Shown piece after piece: positions 9,108 to 20,000 of a DNA stretch of 20,000 nt. The DNA is taken from positions 49,293 to 69,292 of the forward strand of contig JBFLGF010000161.1 in NCBI GenBank assembly GCA_050230475.1, read 5' to 3'. This DNA comes from Ancylonema sp. Taxonomy: Eukaryota. The translations under genes were made by a program, and so were the position numbers. The notes beneath the pieces were generated by a model that did not search any database, was not told where the DNA came from, and saw nothing but the letters and a program-made list of their open reading frames with translations. Every line of letters starts with the position of its first letter. The stretch's first letter is position 1.

Positions 9108-10857
9108 GGTGGGTGGGAGGAAGGGGGGACTGGAGGGAATGGGTAATGAGCGAGGAGTATAGTTCAGTGGTAGGATAATCTTATGAAGTCGCACGCAACC
9201 AAAATTGTCGGTTTGCGTTATCAGTATGTCCAAAGAGTATGTCCTTGTATGCATGTACAAAAACGAGTGGATCATCTTTTGTTAAAAACGATGTGTAAAA
9301 TATTAGCCAAAGTGGTGCTAGAATGTGTATAGAGTTGACTTTTTGCCACACTTCTTTTGTCGGATATGATAATGGCGGCTTTGTGTATTCACGCGATAAT
9401 TAAGTTCTGACGAAGTTTAACGAGTCGCGCGAATTAAACGAATCGAACTTAACGAATCCCGGAAATAATCGAATCAGACGGAAATATAGTCTGCGGCTGG
9501 GCACGCGCCGATCTCGGCATTACGTGCTCAACAGTCCGGGGCTGGGCACGCGTCACACTTAGCATTACACACTCAACATAAACAAAATTTAGCATGCGCG
9601 CTGACTCACTATCATGCGCCTACACGCAATGCCGCGGTCCTGATACATTATTCCGCAAAACCCGCCGCAACCGTGAAAACCGTCACTAATCTAGCACGTC
9701 AAACTCAAGTCCAAATTTGACTACGTATCCCGACAACGTATCGAAACGAAACGAAAATACTCCGTCTATCGAAAAACCCGTTAACTACTACCCGGTTAAT
9801 TCACTCGACCAAACTCAACACTCGCATCATATACACCTTGGCATGTTTTTCAGCCATCTCTCACCACTACCCTCAACATGCATTTTTCAGGGATCTTCCC
9901 CACAGCACATGCCGCAATAGTCTTGATTGTCACGGTTGCTTGTATGATGTTAAGTGATATTTACAGGAAAGTTTGGGATTGGAGTGAAAGTGCTATGAGA
10001 TGAATACATGCCCCATGCACTACAAATGAAGGGAGAGCAGATCACAAGAAGCCAAAATTTTACTATATGATGGGTTCAAGCAAGGGAAAACTTGTGGTGT
10101 GCTTGGATGTTTTTTCTTCACTATAAACCTTGATTCATCCCACTTTTTAAATACCCTGAAAGGCTCTGAGTCCAGACCTCCACTTTATTTTTTTGGGGTC
10201 CTATTCGGACCGAGCTCCGAGACCCGGTCCCAGACGGATCTCGGGTCTCTGCGTAACTCTGATAATCATTGATTCGTATCGTTTTCCTATGATGGAGCAT
10301 GATTCGACCGAATTCCACTAAAATTGCATGAATTTGTGCAAAATTACCTACTTTACAATCTGGGTTGAGTTGACATTTGGCAAGTAAGAATTGAACATAA
10401 ATCGAGTAAAATGACCTCAATATGAGAATACTAGGCAACACGGAGACAAAAACAAATCAGCACAATTTCCCTATGTTTTACCGAAAACATTGTCAAATAA
10501 TATTTCCTCATGACATAACCAAAGCCAAGACAAACAAGATGCTCTTGCCTCTAGTATTTCCATAACTACAAAATAATGTCATGATTTTGCAAATCGAGGC
10601 TCATCATGTGACGACTAGCAGACTTGTCATACGCTCATTTGCGCGAACTATGCAGCGATGTGCGCAATGAAACAACGATACAACTTTTATGATGTAGTTG
10701 CATACGTGTTTGGAAACAACTTGCTTTTGATAGCTTACAAACAAAAAAGCGTTGCATGCACATGTCAAATCTAATCGCAGGTAGGTGATACCAGCATATC
10801 AAGTCGCACTAAGTTGCCCTAAAACATTCTCTCTGCGTGGAGAGGCTAAAATCCTCC

Positions 10858-10897
10858 ACTTATAGAAGGTTGTCTCATCAATAAACCTTCTATAAGT
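10858..10897. other. Perfect 14-bp inverted repeat with a 12-nt loop, downstream of the PMT stop codon
   Basis: acttatagaaggtt (10858-10871), loop gtctcatcaata, then aaccttctataagt (10884-10897). Confidence 0.85.
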
Positions 10898-11026
10898 TTC
10901 ACAAATAACGATACGATGATGTACAAGCAAGAATCTCATGGGACGGGCTGCCCAGTCGGTTCGCCTCTCACCCATCCTTTAAGGGCGTATTCGAATAAAT
11001 GTATGAATGAACGATCGACCTCGACT

Positions 11027-14551
<3,525 letters not shown>

Positions 14552-15779
14552 GGAGTGACGGTCGAGCGAAATTTTGTGCAAATTTTGTGGGGCGAAGGCT
14601 GTGCCAATCTTGGTTGGTGTGGCTTCAGTCGAAGCTAGAAGTCAGGCTCGCTTCAACTGTGGCCTACGTGGCAAAGACTTATGGGGCCGAGGGAAGGAAG
14701 AAGTGGGTTATAAGGTTCGGTGCATAGGGATGACCCTGGAGACAACTCAACCCTTATGAAGGAAGCTGACAAAGCTTCAAGACGGCAACTGCTTGTTGGC
14801 ATATCTCGGCCCTCACGTCAACAAGTCACGGACCATCTATTCAGAAATGAGCCAAGGATTGACGAGCTCCGGCAAACGAGCCTTTATGGGGGATCATAAA
14901 TCTGCTGCCTAGGAGAATGCCGTTCGCAGCATTTACCTTGTACCACTTGCGAACCAATTTCTGGCTATCTGACACAGTCACTGATCGCTAAATTGCGAGG
15001 GAAATCAGCAGGACTACTATCGCTCGTATAGCTGGCTCGCACATCACAAACGGTTCGTCACCATCGGCCCCAGCATGAATCCCGCAATGCTGTTTGACTA
15101 TGGGCTTTTACAAATCCAGAATTCGGTGTGAGTCATGAGAATGGTGTTAACATGGGTCAACAACCGAAAACGAAAATATTTCGTTAGTATTTTTGCATTG
15201 TGTGAATTTCCATGTTCCCACCGTGTCTACTATTTATCCCCGTGTCACCGCACATTGACAGCAACGAACGCCGGCAGTCCCATCTAACTTTCAACACTAT
15301 CATGTTACGACAAGTCCCTGTTCCTGTTCCTGAGGTAGTTCCAGAGTCTCATCTAAATCAGGTCACTGCGAGTTAGCAGGCATGTTGCCCGTATTAATTT
15401 GACAGCGAAGAAAGGGTCTGGGCGGGAGGCGCATATCAGCTGTCACAAGCGCCTGGCACAATACATTGAATTACGCCAGACCCTGGCGACACCTGCGAGC
15501 GCCAAAATACAAGCATTTTCAGTGCTGCCGACATTTGGTGAGGCGTTAATGGTTGGCGCAAGCATATTGCTCTATGGCGAGAACTGATGATAGTCATGGA
15601 ACTTTACTCCACATCACTCTTCACAGCCAAATTTACGGATACCCCTGCAAAAACATCGAGACACTTTCACTCGATACAGATTCACAGGCCCAGCTCTGAT
15701 CTGTGTGATACAACAAAAAATCCAACGGAAAACTAACCATCCTGCGTTTCGTTGATCTCAAGCAACGCTGTAAATTGCG

Positions 15780-15831
15780 ACGATTTAGCAAGCCACATCA
15801 AGCTATATAACAAGCACGATTTAGCAAGCCA
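15780..15831 (+). promoter_or_regulatory. Candidate core promoter of the RPA-interacting protein gene: TATA-like CTATATAA between two 16-bp direct repeats
   Basis: acgatttagcaagcca occurs at 15780-15795 and 15816-15831, with ctatataa at 15803-15810, ~160 nt upstream of ATG 15969. Function is inferred only. Confidence 0.35.
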
Positions 15832-15968
15832 GGTTCTGCACTGGTTCAAGTACCTACAAGATCTGGAGTTTCACGAAGTTCAGGTTTTCAGGCTGTAAAC
15901 GCTGTATCCGAGTCTGCAATAGTGATCCCTCTTGTGCTATCACGATCTGAGGTCATTTGGTATAAGAC

Positions 15969-18193
15969 ATGGCTACTCAGGTCCACAGACCATCTGTAAA
16001 GACGCCCTCGGCCTCATCTGCCTGGAAGAAAAAGGTTTATATTCTGGCAGTCTGGATTGAACAGTATAGTGTACTGTTTTTCCTAGCACTAATCTCCCTT
16101 TCGATGATGATTTTTGCTAAAAAACGAATTATGAAACAGCTGACTTATTCTGCCGGCCCTTGTATGGCGTGCTCTCATGCTGCTCTTTTCTTATTCGTAT
16201 GTTTCTCTCTCAGCTGCGAGACAGCTGTCTGGAACGTGTCAGAATCAGCCGCAGAGAAGTGTTGTGGAGAATCCGAAGCCAGGAGTCCGTTGCCGCTTGG
16301 AAACGCAAAGTAGGTGGGCCTTAAACATTGGAATTCAAAATGCGGAAACATTGACTTAAACAGATTCGATGTTTTGGGGACTTGAACAGACACTCGCCAG
16401 GACAAAGTGTTGTTGGCCTCCTCTTGTTGATAAAGTAAATACAGATGTGCTTCCTGGAGGTGGAAACTCTGTAGTCAAAGTCAATCATACGTAGGGTGCA
16501 CAAGTAGCCATTCTGTTTAAAAAATAGAAGCGAGGGGACAAGATGCAGTTTTGTACTGTATATATGGGTGGTATGGGATTCCAAGTGAAAATCTTATGTT
16601 TAAATTTAATACAATTTCAATTTTTACACAAACTCTCCGCCTCTTTTAAGTTTCTTGCCGCCGGAAATCTGGTGTTGCAACCAACACGGAAATTACAAAG
16701 CAGATTTCCTCTCGCTGTGGCATTTGCTTCGTTTTCCTTCAGGATGTGACCTCCACCCTCAAATCCATACTATCAGATCAGATCAAGGCGAGCCGTCCTA
16801 TCATCGACGATGTGGTGTCTGATTCTCCTCTGACACCTCCCAAAGCAGACGTGTGGACAATTCAGGATGAGGCATGCACTTCTCCTGACAGGACTAGCAT
16901 TCCAAGGTTCACCTCCTCATGCGCTCATCCTGAACATTCTTCAACAGATGCAAATACCTGTGAAGATGAAGGACGGCTAGGTGGAGATGCAGACATGTTG
17001 TGGGAGTATGATTTAAGGAGAGGTGCATCAGTAGGCTTACAATTCGGGGAAGATGAGCTCAGCGGAGAAGAGTACGAAGTTTTATTGATGGAAATGCAGC
17101 GAGCTCTGTATGAGGACTTGCAAGGTGAGTTTGAGTCCGAGATTCTCATACAGAATAACTCACAATTGAAGAATTTAACTCAGCTCAAGTGCCGTTGCTA
17201 TGCACATGCCTTCTGCATGCCGTTGGTGGGGACCATCAAGCCTCGAAGATGCACTCACCATACTCCTCTATGAATTTGGCTCGAGTGTAGGTAAACAGAA
17301 CCGGGCTGAGGCAAGGGCGTCGACCCCTGGAACTGTGGTCCATGTATTGAATATTACTACCTGCTGGTTGTCTCTGCTTTTGTGGTACACCTTCACGTTC
17401 TGATCACTTGGATCTCGCGTCAATTCTGTTATCCCAACCTTGTCCATGGCCTCTTACCGATTCCCTTCATGCCAGAATCTCCTGATCTGGAGGAGCAAGA
17501 GAAGGTGTGGGAGCTGGAGGCAGCTCAGGACATGAGACACCTGGAGGCAGCTCAGGAGGTGGGGGCAGCGGATAGGCCGCCATGTGGAACAATAAGAAGA
17601 TGCCATGTGGCCAATGACCATTGCTGCTGACCGTTGCGTGGGAGTTGTCATCATGATGGTCCCCTTTGGCTTGCCCTGATTCTCATCGACAATTTTGTAA
17701 CCAGTGACAGTCTACCAGGTGGCCTTCCTGTAAAGTGCATGTACTTGATTCTCAACATCAGTGGCTTGTGTCGCTTTTGCAGGGCCCTGAGGTGCTTTGT
17801 CCTATCTGCTGCCAGCTACCTGTGCGGCAAAAAGGGAGTACCCTGTTCTGCCTCTGCAGTTTTGAAATGGACACAGGGTCTGAAGAGGTGAGGCGACTAG
17901 TGTTGTCGGCACAGTGTCACATCGACTCAGAATGATATCGTGGCTAGCCACCCCCTTGTTTCCAGAACCAAGTGTTTAACAGAGGAGCTTTCTATTCAGG
18001 TCTGATGTGTGGTAGGCCCAACCTGCTGCAGATGGGTCTCCAATATCTCCAAACGCGAATCCAGGAGGTGGTGGATGCTCACTGGGAAGAGGGCTGCGTA
18101 GGGCAACCTCAGTTTGCGGTTGAGCATCAGTTTGAAGTGGATACGTTGTGCATGCGGTGTGCCTCCTGTTCGACATTCCACTTTGTGCTGTGA
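15969..18193 (+). CDS. RPAIN: RPA-interacting protein (RIP/RPAIN family), 6 exons, 297 aa, intact
   Basis: Exons 15969-16034, 16214-16309, 16743-17124, 17476-17558, 17783-17887, 18032-18193 (894 nt, in frame, GT-AG). N-terminus WKKKLRDSCLERVRISRREVLWRIR, acidic middle EYEVLLMEMQRALYEDL, and a C-terminal Zn-binding region CPIC...CLC...H...GC...CASC ending FHFVL*. Confidence 0.9.
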
Positions 18194-18921
18194 TTGTGAC
18201 GGTGGTTGTGGCGGCACTTCCAACTGGGACATTGTTTTTTCGATCTCAGCCTACTAAAAGAAGCTTGTGTATATATGTGGAAACTAGCCACTGTGAGCAT
18301 TCACCCCCATTGGACATCAGATGTGAATAGACATCGCGGATTCGATTGCTGCATTCCTAAACTTATTTTCACAATTGTTTTATGCTTCATTAGCATCCCA
18401 TTTCATGGCATTTATGTTAAACGCACCAAAAATTTCATGTATTACAATTCATGGAGGCAAGAACGTATAGCAAGCAGACTCCATCCATGAACACCAGCAA
18501 AGGATAGAAGACTGGGCCTGTGCAACCAAACAAGGAGGCCCCAGCCACAATAATTGCAAAATGATATCAATACGAAATAAAGAGCAAGAAAATCTTCCCT
18601 AAAGTTTCCTTGCCACTCAACAATTCAATCTGCCTATGCCTGCCCTGCCAACAGATCGCTAAGTGCCACCTGTCCCAAAAGAATCCGTTCGGACCCTCAT
18701 CTCCCACTGTTCAGCCTCTCGTATTTTTACACCCCTTGACCTTCCTAACCATTCCTGTTGGTCATAGATTGTCTGTCCAACAAACCCTCTCCCTGACAGA
18801 CATAAGCATCTCGCTACACCTAGTGTCGAGGAAGCTTATTGACCCAAAAATACAGTCACTCCTGCACACTGAGTTCCAATAACTCTATTATAAAGCTTGC
18901 TCCTCACCCGGCCTCCCTTGT

Positions 18922-19859
18922 TTAACCCACCATGATTTGATCGCAAGATTGAAGAGCTTCGTGGGCAAAGTATCGGACGTCGGTATCAGGGTCTTCATTG
19001 AGCTCAATCAAACACGGCCGAATTTTGTGCTCCACCACCTAAACCGAAAATGTGCTATTCCACTCCGGTTAGTACCAGAAAAGCCGACCACCCATTTTGT
19101 TATCGCCACACAACCTACTCTATTGCGATTACAACCAATGAGAGGGCAGTCCACACATGCAATTGACTTCTGGCTGGGTTGTTTGACAAGCTGAAACCCT
19201 TGCTACACAGACTAGGGAAAACAAGCAGAATTGGCTGAGTTGGCAAAGATACGGGTGCCAGGTGGCGGATCTGGCAGAAACGGCCAGAGCTGCTAGCTCA
19301 CCGTAGAGTCCACAATGGGAATGAAGTTCTGAAGCATTTTGGCGACATTGAAGCGGATGTTTGGCACTCTGCAGTACTCAAAACCCTCCCCAACCCATCA
19401 GAAAACTGAAAACTGAAAATAGAAAACTGGTTACTGGTTACTGGTTACTGGTCACTGGGACCTGGTTACGGTTTGTGGGCATCCACCTGTCTTTGGCTGC
19501 GTTGACCACCACGTCCAGCATGGTGGGGATGGGGTTCTCTGTTCGCTGCAAGTCTGCAGTCAGGACCGGGGCCAGGAGCGAACTGGCCTCCAGGACTGTC
19601 ATGCGGTACAAGTAGTGCGTGGCGCTCATCTTCTCCAGCACCTGAAAGGGAGGGAGGGGGGGGTTGGCTGTAAGGCTTAAGTTTTGAGGCTTCCGTGTCG
19701 CATCGACAGCTGGCAAGTTGGTAATAAGGTTTGGGATTTCGGGTTTGGGTTTGGGTTGTTTGGTACTTGGGGGATGATCAGCGCCTGTGCCCAGTCGGCC
19801 CCAAACGCTACTGCCTAGTTCTTCAGGATGAGGGCGGCTGCCTGTCGGATGGAGTACAC
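18922..19859 (-). CDS. PP2AA: Protein phosphatase 2A 65-kDa scaffold subunit A (HEAT repeats), last four exons; gene continues beyond the right edge; in-frame TAG as assembled
   Basis: Exons (minus): 19859-19767 VYSIRQAAALILKN*AVAFGADWAQALIIPQ; 19641-19487 VLEKMSATHYLYRMTVL...AAKDR; 19368-19302 VPNIRFNVAKMLQNFIPIVDST; 19038-18922 VVEHKIRPCLIELNEDPDTDVRYFAHEALQSCDQIMVG*. All junctions are GT-AG with consistent phases. Confidence 0.94.
19401..19468. repeat. Adjacent 7-mer tandem repeats (GAAAACT)n and (CTGGTTA)n in a PP2AA intron
   Basis: gaaaactgaaaactgaaaatagaaaact followed by ggttactggttactggttactggtcactgggacctggtta. Confidence 0.8.
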
Positions 19860-19964
19860 CTAGGGAGGGTAGCGGGCCCACGTCATTCAAACCGAAAACA
19901 GAATGTCGAAAAAAGAGACGTAGACACAAACAAATATATACACATAGGTTGAATCTATACATTC

Positions 19965-20000
19965 ATATATATATATATATGTATATATGTATATATATAT
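19965..20000. repeat. (TA)n microsatellite in a PP2AA intron, continuing off the window
   Basis: Directly visible at the window end. Confidence 0.9.

Noticed and set aside
10219..10249. GC-rich hairpin gagacccg...cgggtctc as a Helitron end or ncRNA
   Set aside because: Only an 8-bp perfect stem, no nearby CTRR terminus and no recognisable RNA family features.
14552..14581. PMT start at 14581 as in the ORF track
   Set aside because: That codon is TTG; the first ATG is at 14551 and gives a typical short cytosolic tail before the TM helix.
19727..19760. Telomere-like GGGTTT repeats
   Set aside because: Only about three copies within a short intron, not the TTTAGGG unit, and too short to call an interstitial telomere.
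19438..19962. 174-aa ORF as a standalone gene
   Set aside because: It is a chimera of intron sequence, an out-of-frame PP2AA exon and one in-frame PP2AA exon.

Overview
Eukaryotic, intron-rich green-plant nuclear DNA; a streptophyte alga or early-diverging land plant is my inference from gene content and microsatellite-filled introns. The first ~3.3 kb is transposon debris. It holds the 5' part of a decayed Ty1/copia element on the minus strand (LTR, tRNA-iMet PBS, broken gag/protease), a probable pogo-like terminus, and an intact 560-bp Tourist/PIF-Harbinger-like MITE with TAA target duplications and a second nested inverted-repeat pair. Four spliced genes follow: a 10-exon pyruvate decarboxylase (+), a 5-exon DUF248/PMT-type Golgi SAM methyltransferase (-), a 6-exon RPA-interacting protein (+) and the last four exons of a PP2A scaffold A subunit (-). 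The most notable observation is that up to three of the four genes carry one disabling lesion each in otherwise clean gene models: a +1 frameshift in PDC, a probable +1 frameshift in PMT, and an in-frame TAG at a conserved Leu in PP2A-A. This points to consensus errors or a recently decaying duplicated block. I found no convincing evidence of a novel multi-gene system. Homologue comparisons are from memory, not from database searches.
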